Assembly: GCF_009914755.1 (NCBI RefSeq)
Contig: NC_060930.1
DNA length: 64,000 nucleotides
Reading direction: 5' to 3' (one strand)
Source: the human T2T-CHM13v2.0 reference genome, Homo sapiens
The notes below the pieces were generated by a model. The model had not been told where the DNA came from. It saw only the letters and a list, made by a program, of their open reading frames with translations, and searched no databases. How positions within the stretch are numbered: the stretch's first letter is position 1; every line of letters begins with the position of its first letter. The translations under genes were made by a program, and so were the position numbers. Of this stretch, positions 29,262 to 44,889 are shown one piece after another.

Positions 29262-29584
29262 TTTTTCTTTTTCTTTCTTTCTTTTTCTTTTTTTTTTTTT
29301 GAGACAGAGTTTCAACCTTGTTGCCCAGGCTGGAGTACAGTGGCGCGATCTTGGCTCACTGCAACCTCCGCCTCCTGGGTTCAAGTGATTCTCCTGCCTT
29401 AGCCTCCTGAGTAGCTGGGATTACAGGCACCCGCCACCATGCCCGGCTAATTTGTTTGTATTTTTAGTAAAGCTGGAGTTTTACCATGTTGTCCAGGCTG
29501 GTCTCGAACTCCTGACCTCAGGCGATCCACTCGCCTCAGCCTCCCAAAGTGTAGGGATTACACGCGCAAGCCACCGCGACTGGC
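29262..29584 (-). mobile_element. AluS
   Basis: Full antisense Alu. Confidence 0.95.
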
Positions 29585-30019
29585 ACTTTTCCTTCTCTTT
29601 TTCTCCATCTCCTAAGTGGGACCCCAATTTGAGGACACTTCCTGAAGTAAGGTTTGCACTACCTATACTTGCTACATTGAGACAGCTCTGCTTTGAAAAC
29701 AAGTTATTTGGATTCCTGTTTGTTCACATGCTAGATTAGCCAGTTTGAAACTAAACTCCTTCTCAATGGTACCAACTCCACTTTCCCAAATCCTCCCCCG
29801 GCAAACAAACCAAAATGTGCAACAGTTTGCTTCTAATATACAATTTAAGAATGGGTTTCTTAGACCAATGTTCTGCAGGAGGAGAAGGTGAGCTTTAGAT
29901 TTGGCTGTTCTGTGACTGCTACTATCATGTTATTTACCTCACAGGGAAGAAATTTGATAGGAATAACACAACACTGTGGTCATATTTGACCTTTTTCTGT
30001 GTCTGACCGTATAAACCAA

Positions 30020-30535
30020 TCTAGTTATTTATTGCTGTGTGACAAATCATTCCAAAATGTAGTGGCCTGAAACAACAGCAGTGAGTCAGGAATTGGGAAG
30101 GCCTCTGCCAGACAGTTCTGGCTCAGGGTCTCTCCTCAGTCAGATGGTGGCTGGACATGGAACAGCAGGGTTTGGAGGAGCTGGGGGCTGGCCAGGCATC
30201 TTTCTCTTTCTTATCATCTCAGGTCTCTCTATGTGATCAGGTAGCTTGGGCTTCCTCCTAGCATGGTAGTCTCAGGATAGTCAGACTGCTTGCATGGTGG
30301 CTGATAGCTTCAAGAGTTAGTATTCCAGCCAATAAGGTAGAAGTTGAATGATCTTTTATGATCTAGCCTTAGAAATCACATTCTCTATTGATTGAGAAAG
30401 CCACAGTTTTGAGGGGAGAGAACATAAACCCCCATCTCTCCATGTATCAGAGTATCAGAGTCACTTTATTGAAAGATCATGCGGGGTGGGAGTTATTACT
30501 GAGGGCATCTTTGGAAAATATAATCTGCCAATCTG
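30020..30535 (-). mobile_element. MLT1-type MaLR LTR
   Basis: TTATTGCTGTGTGACAAATCATTCCAAAATGTAGTGGC...GGAAATATAATCTGCCA. Confidence 0.75.
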
Positions 30536-30644
30536 CCATATGGATGGACTGTAAGTAGTTAAAGGTTAAATTTTAGAAATTCAATATTTATCCCTGAAAT
30601 GGATACTTACATAAAATCTCTCCTTAATCTCCAGATAGCAACTT

Positions 30645-30785
30645 CTTTTTTGTTTTTTTTTAACTTATTTATTTTTTAGTTTTTATGGGTACACAGTAGG
30701 TGTGTATATTTAGGGGTTACATGAGACATTTTGATACAGGCACACAATAAATAATAATTACATCAAGATAAATGGGGGTATCCTC
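30645..30785 (-). mobile_element. L1 3' terminal fragment
   Basis: TTTTTATGGGTACACAGTAGGTGTGTATATTT...GGGGTTACATGAGACATTTTGATACAGGCA. Confidence 0.8.
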
Positions 30786-31187
30786 CAGAGAGTAACTTCT
30801 AATGTGGTAAAACAGGCAACTATTCTGATGCCTCTCCCCTACCTCCCCTTTGTATCTTAATGACTTAACACTCGTTAAACTTCCTAAAAATCTCAGGCAT
30901 CCACTTGTGTTCTGCCACATGCTACTGTCCCTCAGAGAAGGATCGTGCCATGCACATAGACCAGCAGCTCCCCGATTTCCTCATGACTTTCAGTGGCAGC
31001 TGCGTCAGATAGAGTGATCGGCACTCAGCATCGTCCCAACCCCTTCTTGCTGCCTTCCTTACTGGAGCTGGGAAGCTGAAAACTGCACTGCCCAGAATCC
31101 CCTGCAGCTAGGATTCCATGTGTGAGTTGGGGTCTCCGTCAAATGCACTTGCACAAGATTGAAGGTAGAAGCGGGGGCAAGGCTGTG

Positions 31188-31697
31188 TGTATGAGTTTCA
31201 GATGGCTGTTGTAACAAATTGCCACAATTTTACTGGCTTAAAGTGAAAATGACATATATTTACAGTTCTGGAGGACAGAAGTCTAAAATGGGTCTCACTG
31301 GACTAAAATCAAGGTGTTGGCAGGGCTGTGTTACCTTCCGGCGGCTCGAGGAGAAAATCTGTTTCCTTGCCCTTTCTAGCTTCTAGAGGTCACCTGCATT
31401 CCTTCCCTTGTGGGTCCTTCCTCCATCTTCAAAGTCAGCTATGTTCCATCTCCCTGATCTTTCTATCTTTCTTCCATAGTCACATTCCCTCTGACATAGC
31501 AGGGGAAGGTTCTCTGTTTTTAAGGACAAATAGAATTAGATTGGGCCCAACTGGGTAATCCAGGATACTGTCAAGTCCTTGACTTAATCACATCTGCAAA
31601 GTCCCTTTTGCCATGTAGGGCGACATAGTCACAGGTTCCTGGCATTAGGACATGGACATCTTTGGGGTGGTGGATGTGCATTATTTTGCCTACCATA
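31188..31697 (-). mobile_element. MLT1 (B/C/D-type) LTR
   Basis: GGCTGTTGTAACAAATTGCCACA...CAGTTCTGGAGG...AATCAAGGTGTTGGCAGGGCT...GGACATGGACATCTTTGGGG. Confidence 0.85.
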
Positions 31698-31826
31698 GCA
31701 GACTTCTGCTTCTTTTATTGTCACTGCTGGCAGCCACCTTCATGGAATATCTGCTTTTTCTGTAGTGGCTTCCTGGCTGGCTTTTTCCTGACCATGCTAG
31801 TGGTAGTCTCATTCTGGAGCCAGTAG

Positions 31827-32143
<317 letters not shown>

Positions 32144-33533
32144 AGTGTATAGCTTCTTGAGTATAGGTTAGGCAGTGGCTCCAGTAGCCCTGTTTTACAA
32201 TGTACTTTTCTTAGGTGTTCCAAAAAGCTCAACCTAGAGTGTGTTTCCTTATCCTTCAACTTAGAGAGCATTTGGTTGGCCTTCCTGACCCAACAATCCT
32301 GTAACCCTTTTTATTTTATATCTTTTCTGCTGAGTAGATTCTATTCTCTGCAACTGAGCCCTGATGAAATGTTGGATCACCTGTGGGTGTCCATCACCTC
32401 AGCTTCATCTCTCTTTTTTTCTAAGCTCCACTTATTTCTGAGGATGACGCATCACCGAGACAACTCTAAATTAGATGAGAACTTGGGAGGATACAGATCA
32501 AATTGGCTAAAATGCTGCCAATAACTTTATAAACTAAAAATACGGCACTGCAATTCAAGGGTTACAGCTGGTAGTTATCTTGGAATCTTCATGTAGGATA
32601 GGTTAACCTTGAACCTCTGCATATCAGCAGGGCACCTAGTGTGAGTATACATTAATTGGAAGGTAGACTGTCACAGCTAAGGCCAAAGCCAAGTCATTCC
32701 AGGACTTCATATGTAGCAAAAAGTAGATAAATCAAGCGTCATACTGGAATTGACCTCTTGGGAGTTGCACTAGCTCCAGGAGCTCCAGGAAACTGTCACT
32801 TTGAATTTATTTCTCCTAGTAGGAGGAGGAAAATCACGTGTGCTTTTAGCGTTTCTCTGCCTTGCTTTTGTATTTCTCAGGTACTCTCCCCACTTTCCTG
32901 CCCTTGCCTTCCTTCCAAGAGCTCTCCTGGAAGCCAAGGTCAGAAGGAGACAAGCTTGAAGAGAATGGAGTCATTGTTTCTTCATTTAACATCCAAAACA
33001 ATTTGTTTGAGAAGGAAGAGATCACTTCCAGGGGTAGAGGTAAAGGCCAATAGCATTAAACCCAAAAGTGAAGAGGCAAATACAAGAAAGAATTAAAAGA
33101 CACTGTTGTTTTTCAGTACATAAGGTTGGTTTTCGGTATGGTCATTGGCCAACCTTGTTCTAGTATCATCATCATTAATAGTAGCCTTGTTTCACAATTG
33201 TTCTTATCTGACCTTCCTTGCAAGACATGCCTTTTGACTGTCCCTAACTTTCCTACCTTCAGTCTAGATCTTAAATCTAGGTTCACAGGCAGTTAGTTAA
33301 TAGTTGATACCTACCATTGGGTAGGCAGCATGCAAGTCCCAAGGATATAGGAACAAGCAAAACAGACCCTCTGTGCCTTCAGGGAGCTCACAGTCTTCCT
33401 AGTCTTTTTGTCTGGTAAATAGTCCCTTTTCCTTTCCATTTACCTGTAATCTTAGAATAGGCACATGAATGAAATCTTCATTGACTACTCCAATCACAGC
33501 CTTCTTCCTTTGACCTCTCATAGTCCTTTTCTT

Positions 33534-34006
<473 letters not shown>

Positions 34007-37000
34007 CAATATGTTATATTTTTATATTGAATGCGATGTCTAACTTTGACCAGACCTTAGAATAATTGCCCAGTAAACACATGCTTAAGTTGAAACAAAA
34101 GTGGGATTCTCCCAAATTATATAACATTACAGAGTTGAACTTAAAATCCACCTCAGAATTAAAAATGATTGTGAATCAGTTTTAGAATGCTAAATGGTGT
34201 ACAAAATAACTTCCTCTGAGACTCCTCTCTCCTTGGTCTGGTAGAGAACTCATTTTGATCTAATGGAACACAACATAGAAATATTGCACCTCATTTGCTT
34301 TCACTGTTGAAAAAAATCTAATTTCCTATTTAATTAATGTAATGAACTTGTGAAAACATTCATCTCCTCCACACAGTACTCATCGGTGTCATGTAAACAA
34401 TGCACAATAAAATAAATTGGAGCAGCTTCTTTTCTTCATAGTGTTCCCGGTTTCCTTAGAGGGAATTAAATCCAGCACAGGGCCATGTGTAAATGATCTT
34501 TTTTGTAGATAGCCTGCCGCACTCAGGAAAACATGTATTATTTTTAGGGAATGTTTCCAACCTAAGTGAGATGAGTTTACTGTGACCAAAAAACAAAACA
34601 AAACAAGACAAAAACCTGGACCATGAACCCAGAGAAGAAGTTGGTGGCTGCAGAGAGGAGACACAGAAGAGGGAAGAGGACATGTGAGGGTTTCATGCTT
34701 AATTCACTGGAGATACATGATGCATTGAGTGATTTTGTTCAGTTGAATCAACTTGAAGGTTTCCATATGCATAACAGTGAGGTTCTTGTTTTCAGGGGGA
34801 AAATGTTGTTTCAAGAAACTGCCTATAAGTAAATGAAATGAAGAAATGAAGCCAAAAGAAGGGCTCCTTCCAGATGAAAAGGCATATGCTCATGATCATT
34901 CTCCTTTTCTGAACAGATCTTTATAATAATCACATTGCAGGGTGTTTACATGACAACTGCTTTATGAGACCATTCTACACCTAGGTTTGCCTTTGGGGAG
35001 CCAATTATGAGTGACTGGGCTATCTGTACCTCCTCTCCCCACCCCCACCCCACCCCAATTCCCTTGCTCCATTGTCTGTTTTCAGCTGTTATTCTTTTCT
35101 GGTTGAATGGCCACAAACACAAGCTGTCTATCTCCCCCAGCTCATGGAGCTCAGCTTGGCAGATGAAAATAAGCCTGGTAAAGGAGCTGTTCACAAGCAC
35201 GAGGCCCTACTCACAGGACCACCGGTGCAGGAAGCCCAAGTAGAAAGTCAAATCTGCCATTGCCCTGAGGGGCACCCATTGTGTAAATAAAACGGACTTT
35301 CACTTCTATCACCACTTCCTCCCAAGAAAAGCAAGGAACTGTTTTTAGACTTCTGACTTCTTTTCAGAATGAAAACAGATAATCCATTGAATGCAATAAA
35401 TGATTAAATAAAACTCTGGTTTGCAAACCCTTCAACCCAAGGGACTATTGTATGTACAATTCAGCCATTTAATATAAAACCTGAAATCTGTGCTATTCAC
35501 CCTGCACAGTTGCCTTTGTCTATATTTTAGTCTCTTGACAGAGGGGTGAACCAATAATCTGTGAATTAACACAAAGTGTAACAGAGAAGTGTCTTGGTTA
35601 TACTTAGAAGTGGGCATGTAGTTGGTATCACAGTTGGGCTGTGGGGTTTTATCGTAGTAGGGATGTTTCCACTTTAGTGACCTCAGATTTAGGGAAGGAC
35701 ATTTGGCAGTGATTAGCAGGGCCCCAGGTCAATGGGTATGAATACTAAAGAGAAGAATTTTTATGAGAGTTTAGCTAACAAGATCCACAGATATAAATAT
35801 CTCCCTCCACCCGCCCCCAGCCTCCTTGGCTTCTCCAGGTCAACCTTGGGTGGGTCCCTTCTCTGCTGGAAATAACTTCACTTTGCAGTTAACAAAAGGA
35901 AGGAGAGCCATTTCTGGAATTGTGTTTGTGTAATCAGAATTCTATGCAACTCCCTAGCGCATGCTTTCGGTTTTCTTTCTCTGTAGCTTGGTATTTCTTT
36001 TTATTTATACTGAGGATAAAATATTCAAAGCGAAATCTCACATTAGAGTGTCAGAGGAAGAGAGAAGCAACAGCAATTGGGGGGTCCTTTGGAAAAGCAA
36101 CATATGCAGTATGTTTTTGCTAAACAGATTCTCCAATGTTCAAGTTTTCAGATGTTTGGATGCAGTAAATTTTTGGACAGGCAGATGCATTATCTTCCTG
36201 GGGGAAAGGACACAATTTGACACTATTGCAACTGAAGGGGAAGCTAGCACAGAAAGCTAATCCTGAGTGCTGGGAGATGGGGGCTTCAGATAGGGGAGTT
36301 CCTCAAGCTGCTGTTACCCTAAGTTGGTACATCCCTGCAGTTTGTTCCTACAGAAGGATAACTACTGATGCTTCCTAATTAACCACTGGAGAATAGCCAT
36401 GATGGTGCTGGTTCTCGGAGAGTTCGTGGCTGACATCCCCTGCTTGTGACAGCAGCTAAAATACAATTTGAGGAAAGTAGATGGTGTGAGTGGGCAAGCT
36501 CAGAGGCTGGTCCAAAATGGCTGGAGGAGCAAGGGGAAGAGGGGAATTGAGTGAGTGGGAATACCCGGGTAGGGGAGGGAAGGAGGTGGGTACACTCTCA
36601 GAGCAAGACAGACCCGATAGAAAACAAAAGGGAAGAAATGATTGTGTGTCAGCTAACAATCGAGCAGACGCTCACACAGGATGCCCAGTCCCATAGAGAT
36701 GGCCAAGTACAATTTCTTCAGAATGGGGGCAGTGATTAGTCACAATCCTAGACCTTCTACCAAGCGTGTGGACGTAAGAGGGTAGGAAGTGGGGAGCAGG
36801 GAGGAAACAGCCCCAACATATATTTTATCATAACTGTTTTCCCAGATTAAAAGCTTGAACATTTTTCCTCAGTCACTCAAGCAACATGTAGGTATCTCCA
36901 AGACAGGGACCTACGAGCCTACCAATCTCACTCTGCGCCACCCCCATCCCAGCAGAATCAGCCCGGTTCTCCTGCTTTTCCACTTGCTCTCTCGCTCTCC

Positions 37001-37469
37001 AGGGAGCTGTCACTTCTCACAGCGCCTCTGCCACCTTAGCACCTGATGACTTCTGCTTATCTAATTTCAAAATGCACCTACTCCCTTCGAACGTGAGGGG
37101 TCTCTATCTGCTGCCCACTGCCCTGTAAGAGGGAGCTAGAAGGTTATCGTCTCGGGCAAGAGAGCTGCACATGCTCCGCTTGACCAGCCCCCTCCCATGC
37201 CACGGACTCCTGCTAGGGTGCTCCTGTCCTCAGGTGCATCCCCTCCCCCCATCTTTCCAGACACAGATCGGCATCAAAGCAACACATTTTTTCCTTTCTT
37301 GCCCCTCTTCCCAATTCTCATCCTCCCATTCCACCTGGCCAATTTGGAATTCAGACACGGTGAGGAACGAGCTGGTTCATAGTCCAGCTCAAACGGGCAG
37401 CCCGGGGGCAAATGAAGACCCTTGAGACTGCCATCCCAGCCCTGAGCTGGATTCCCCATAGGCTCTGCG

Positions 37470-38460
37470 AGTGCCGAAGTCGTTCCGTGCCAGGGGGCCA
37501 CCCAGGACTCCCATCTGGGGGCGCTCGCACACACACCCCTCCCTGACTCCCGGGGCCCGGCGCTTCCTCGCCCCAGAAATGTCCCAACCCCGGGCAATGC
37601 TGTGGGCCCCTCTAACCTTGGCCCGTTCCTCCACTCCCCAGGGCATCCTTCAGTTCTGCTTGCAAAAAGTGCGCGTGCCCCTTTCGCTCAGCAACTTCCC
37701 GACCGTACCCTGTGGGCTTCAGATGCCCGAACCCACCAGGGTGGTGGAAGCTGAGGACGCTCCAGTTTCAACGGCTGCTTAGCATTCAACGCTCATTCAA
37801 GTCGAGGACACCCCTCCCCACACAGACCTCACCGCGTTGTACGCAAAATCAGAAGCAAAAAAGGAGAAATGAAAAGGTGAACCTACCTAACGACGACGGC
37901 TCCTTGTCATGTCAGGGGCACACTCAGGGTTCTCTGGCATATAAAAGCCTCCGCACCAATGCAATGCCCGGAGCTGCCCGCACCTCCGGCTTTGCAGACA
38001 GCCTGAGCTGGCTCACTTGGGTGAAGGGGACCCCGGGAGGAAGTCGGGTGGACGCGAGCTGTCCCCAGCGCCGGCTGCCCTGCCGCGTCCGCTCGCAGCA
38101 GCTGCGGCGCGCGGGGTGAAGTTGCGGGGCTGGCGGGCGCGAGGGTGGCGGAGCGCGGAGCTAGAGCGGCGGAGCGGGCGGAGGGGCGGGAGCCGTGAGG
38201 AGGGGGAGGCGCGGCGCGGGGGCCGGCGGCGTCACTTGTGCTGGGAGGGGAGGGCGGGTGGAGACAGCTGCTTGACAGCTACTTCAGCCCAACTCCAGGA
38301 GGCTGCGCTTCGGTGCCTGCTTCCAGCTGATCGCCGGCACGCCAGGCTCCTTTGCAAGAGCTGGCGCGGCAGCTTTGGAGTGACCCGTGGAATCGCGCCG
38401 GGGAGCGAGCCCGGTGGATCCAGCGCGCTGGAGGGAGAGGGCAGAGGAAAGGAGCCGAGG
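37470..38460. promoter_or_regulatory. RIPOR2: CpG island; internal RIPOR2 promoter
   Basis: Very high GC and CpG density, GC boxes (GGGCGG/GGGGCGGG around 38176-38190) and G-runs. This is the only CpG island in the window. Confidence 0.9.
37887..38036 (-). other. RIPOR2: Probable non-coding alternative first exon of RIPOR2 (5' end approximate)
   Basis: Strong donor TAG|GTAGGT at 37887/37886 at the downstream edge of the island on the minus strand. An alternative donor CAA|GTGAGC lies at 38017/38016. Consistent with a recalled CpG-island RIPOR2 isoform. Confidence 0.65.
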
Positions 38461-40217
38461 CAAGGAAAGGCCCTTTCAGCTAACCTTTTGGGATCTTTCA
38501 TACAAGCTGGGCTGTGCATTGAAAAAAATGAGGCGGTGGTGTATGGGGTGGGGGCGGTGTGAGGGTGAGGTTGGCTGCCCACGGCAAGGGTTGTGCTGGA
38601 AAGCCCCGCTGAAGAGGGCTGCTTTGTAGGGCACTCTCTCTACCGGGGCTGCTTTGGACACAGCTCTCATAAAGATGGCAGAAAGAGAATTGTTTTTTAT
38701 TTTGTTCTGGTGGATTTGAATGATAAAGGTTTCCTGTGGGGAAAGCATGGGTCTGCCTGATAGACAGACATTCCCAAAAAAGGGCCTTTTGGAGTGGAAA
38801 CTGTATGGAACTGGGAGTCGACAAGGACCCAGGGAAAAGGTCCTGACTCAGTCTCCATCCTTACATAGGGATTCCCTGCTATGCCTCAGTCTCCTCATCT
38901 GTTAAGTGATCATAATGAATAAATTGTGTATTTAGAATATGTTAACTAGAATAGTACCACAAGACACATCCACTCCCTCCCACACCACTTGAGATTCAGT
39001 CACCTTGTGAAAGGATCAGTAATAATCAGTGAGCTGAGACATTAGCCGAAAGGGAACATCCTAGGAGACATGTCAACATGGGAAACACCCACATCCAGTC
39101 GTGGTCTGGGCACTGCATCCTCGGGCTGGAATACAAGCAGCCAGAACCATCGCCTGATAAACTGTGTCATAACTCACCTAGGAATACAACAGAAAGGGCA
39201 AAATCGGCTTGATCCCCAGAAAGAACGCCCAAGAGCATGCCTTTACTAGACTGTGAGTTCATAGGGCAGGGACCATCTCTGTCTGATATAAGCTGTCCCC
39301 AGCACAGAGCAGGCACTCCATAGCTACATATTGAATGAAAGATGGATCACCCAGTCATTCTGAAGCACCCCTTCACTCTTACATTGATCCTTTTATTTCC
39401 CTTGCCAACCCCACCCTGCAACTTATCTGCAACCACATAGCTTTTGCTCATTTCCAAATGGCCACATCTATTCATTAGGATCCAGTTTAAATACCTTAAT
39501 CTGCATCCATTTTTCCAAGATCCCTTGCCCCCCCCCTTTTTTTTGCCCTTTCATTTCAGAGCTTTTATAGCACCTTAGTTTACTCTCCAGATGCCTAGCA
39601 CCTTCCACCTTGTATCATGACTATTTGTGTAGAGATGGATGGTTCCAAACATTTCTCTATTTACTGGAGTCTGGAGAAAGAGACCTGGAAAGAAGTACAA
39701 ATATGCAGTAGAAGTTTGGGGAGAACTGAGTAAAGCGCTACTACGGATTAGCACAGTACTAATGGTCTCATAGGACGAATCTGGAGGGAGAAGGGCCTGA
39801 CATCCACCCTGGAGAGAAGCCAACTGTATTTCCCCACCTTCCCACTCCCATCACCTTCCTGACTCAGGAATGGCACTGTTGTAAGTGACATATAACCTTT
39901 TATGAGAGGGAGGAGGAAGAGGATGAAAAGAGAGATGAGGCAGATGATGTTAGGTACTTTATAGACATTATCCCACTGAAGCCTGTCATCTCTTTCCCAT
40001 AGCTGCCTCCACTTAAAAGATAAGACTACTGATACTCTGAGAAGATGAACAAGTAACTTCCTGATGATCACAAAGATGAAGCTAGTGTTGAAAGTCAGAT
40101 GTGATTCCAAATCAAGTGCTCTTTTTACTACAGCACATTCCACTCCCACCCCCAACTTACCCTATTGGGCTGAGGGGTATCTTGCTGAGGTTTGGGCATG
40201 ACTGTGGGCATGACTTG

Positions 40218-40244
40218 AGTGTGTGTGTGTGTGTGTGTGTATGT
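40218..40244. repeat. (TG)n microsatellite
   Basis: Direct reading. Confidence 0.95.
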
Positions 40245-41095
40245 GCACATACAGAGCAGAGACCAGAAAGAAGCATGGAGTGGCTCCCCAAGCTGCTGCC
40301 TTTAGAGATTCCATGAGGTTGCCCCACTCACCGCTGTGGATTTAGGACTGAAGCTCTAAACAGGAATGAAGAGGGCACAGTGGGCTGCATCTCCCCTTGA
40401 GGGAGCTTCCTTAGGAAGGGAGCAGAACGTGTGGAGTATGGAAGGTGAAGGGCCAACACAGGCCTGAACTGACTGCATTAGACTGGAAGCTCTGGCAATT
40501 GGGATCTGTCCTGGGTGACTTTGTAGACCCCACAGTTCCTCCCACAGAGTACCTCCAGAGAACAGGTACATGTGTGACTGAGGGACCAGGCAGCACAGAT
40601 CTAAACAACCACGACACACTGTTTATTGGATTGCCTGGTCCAAATCCCAGAGATTAAGGTCATATAACCAAATAAAAAGCCCACACCAGGTCTCCTAGAG
40701 CTTAGTCTAAAGGTCTTCACACCGCCTCTCCAATCACTGCTCCTGTGTGGTCACCAAAGTCTTCATTCTTGGGTAGTTAATTTCTGCTTGCGCCCATTCT
40801 CTCTCTTATAATGCTGTTCACTTCCTTTTAGGTTCTTACTATCCCTTAGGCAGGATTCTTTATCCCCAAAACTTCACTGAGCAGAGCACTCAGATATCTC
40901 GGCTGGGTCCTTTTAACCTCATCCAGGGAAACAGTGAAGCCTAGAGCTTGACAGGCATTGGGGGTGGGTATCCTCACCCCCACCCATGAGACACTTGAAT
41001 TGCTCTTTCAGGCCAATGAAAAGGAATGGTTCTTTCCAAAGAAGAAATCGTTTAATACAAGTCAGGGTATTTTCCCCCCTCACATATAAATTTTA

Positions 41096-41427
<332 letters not shown>

Positions 41428-42180
41428 GACCCCAAGTAGTAATAATAGCTATTATTTCAAGAAGTAATTGAGTGCAACCCAGGTGCCAGGCACTCTGCTA
41501 AGGGCCGGAGGTAAGCCCAGTAGTTGTGAAACCTGCCTTGTAGAGCCTGGCGATGAGGACAGTTGTAAATAAGTGGGATGGTGAATTACGAAGGAGGCAG
41601 CACTATGGGTGCTATAGGAACTGTGATTATTTTTTATACCATAAAACAAGGTGTTTGAACTTCAGCAGCACTGAAAATGGCCTCTTTTAATAACTGAACT
41701 GTATCCCATTCTCCTCTCATGAGAACTTTTTAAGCCAGTGTGTGGTTGAAGAACGGACTCAGCCAAACAAGTCTTATGGTTCTTACTGCCATCGATCAAT
41801 CCTAGTAAATACACAATTCATCAGAAGAAAGCAGAACAGCAGCCAAAATGCAACCAATTTAATTCCCTGACTTACAGCTTCACTTATGTAATAAAGAACT
41901 TAGACCATGCCTGAAGAACCACTGCCGTTATGAAGTGAAGTCGGTGCTCTAGGTCTAATCAGAAGGTCACTTAAAGATTTGGTTGTACCTACCGACCCTT
42001 ATCTATCTATCTGTCTATCACATAATTTTTTCTGCATTCCCTGCAGAAATAAAAAACCATAGTTCTGTAACTACCTGTGTCTATTGTTCTGGTGAATTTG
42101 GCTTCTATTCTTACAGGTGACTAGTCCTAGAGACAAGTAAGCAGATACAACAGAGGTCTAATTTCTCTTTATAACTGTGA

Positions 42181-42724
<544 letters not shown>

Positions 42725-44574
42725 CCCGTCTCTCTGTATTTTTGATTTTCCAGCTTATGAAGTGCATAAGAATCACCCTGGGAAGGAATTTAACATGCAG
42801 ATTTTTAGGTCCCCCTCCTTACACAGTGTCGTTTTAACAAGCACACTGATGGTTCTGGCACAGTCATCTCAGAATGCACTTCAGGAAACACTGGTCTGAA
42901 CCAAGTCCAAATAGGCATCCAGCTCCCTTGGCACTGCAGTTGGTTCCAGAAGCCTTCCCAGCTGCATCCCCGCCACTCTGCCATGCAGGCTCTCAGCTCT
43001 GGCTCTTCTCACCCTGCATCCAGGGAAGAGTCTTGGAAAAAGTGCTGGACTCAGAGTCGATGCCTGGGTTCTATTTTAGTGTTGCCAGTAGAGAACTCAG
43101 TGGCCTTTGTGGACCTATGTCCTCATCTATCAAACGAAGGGTTTGGACAACCTGATCACCAAAGCTTCTTTTGGCTCTAACATTTGACAATTCCTGCTTC
43201 CACCTTTTTCCTCAGGCCATTCCTACTGCCTGAAAATTCTCTGCTGAGCCCTTGCCTCACTTTTCCTCCTACCTTTAATATTTGGCTCTAAAAATCCTGC
43301 CTGGCCCATGAAGCCCTGTTCAAACATTACCTCCTTCATGACACTTTCCTTGGTCATCTGTGCTGTACCTGAGTCCTCTTGTAAGTCATCTGTCCCCTGA
43401 GTGCAGACTCAATCACACATCTTCCATTTGTTGTAGCTATTTAATACACTTCTCCTCATTGGTTTATAAGCTCTGCGATGTCAGGAACTATGTTTTGTGC
43501 TGCATATAGGATAGTAACCTCTATATTAATGAGTGTAGAGGATAGCCAATAAATATTGACTAAACGAGAAATGAGAGCATACACTATCCCTGCTGGTTTC
43601 TGCCACCTTTTTCCCTGGAAAAAGAACATAACAAGCCTGCATTTATTGGTGTCTGAACTGTACCTATAGAAGCATATTTCAACCCGACAAGTGACAGCTG
43701 GGTCTTGCTCACCGCTTTCTGAACTGCTAAGAGAAAGACCCTGTTATCCTTTGCCCGTGTCTGGCACCCATGATAAGGTTCTCAAGGGAGTGGACATCTT
43801 AGGCTATTTCCTTGCCATTGTCACACATATCTGCTTGCACAATGAGAAACTTGTTTGGCCAACACTCTTGACATTTTAGTATGTCCCAAGAATGAATGTC
43901 CCGGAGGTTCAGAAGTCAGTCCCCTGTACTTGGGCAAATTATCTTAAGCCTAAACCTCCTCTCCACCCCCACTTCTAGCTTCCACACCAAGTGACCTGTA
44001 AGGCTGCATAGGTAGACAACAATCAGTGAAATGTTCAAAGTTGATGGGAAATAAAATATTCTCTAAATATAGCAGTCTCCTTCTCTCCAGAAACTTGAGA
44101 TTGGATTTCTCATATATTATTATTATATTACATATTTACATATAGAGATCATTTTCTGCAATGATATAATCTAGGCCAACAGTTCCCCCGGCCCTTTTCT
44201 TGGTTTCAAGATCCATTGATACAATACCATAATCTAGAATAGCCTTTTTGAATTTTTGGTCCCAAGACCATTTTATGCTTTTAAAAAATATTGAGGACTT
44301 TGGGGACCCCTTGAAAGGGTCCTGGGAAACCTCATGAGTCTTTAGTTCACATTTTGAGAATCAGTGATCTAGATGGACAAAAATGTTGGCAAAATGTTAA
44401 CTTTACAAATTCGTATAGTTCTAAACGCCATAGGCTGAAAGTAAATGGCATACATTTAATCAATATGTATTATTGCACAAAGGTATTAAAATAAGTATAA
44501 CATGATTCAAAGCAGTTGTAGAAGTGATTGGAAAGTATCAATATCTACGTGTAAGCACAATGCTAAGTACTTGA

Positions 44575-44889
<315 letters not shown>

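Noticed and set aside
38017-38562. 181-aa Arg/Gly-rich plus-strand ORF
   Set aside because: Expected stop depletion in a CpG island; non-ATG start; no recognisable domain.
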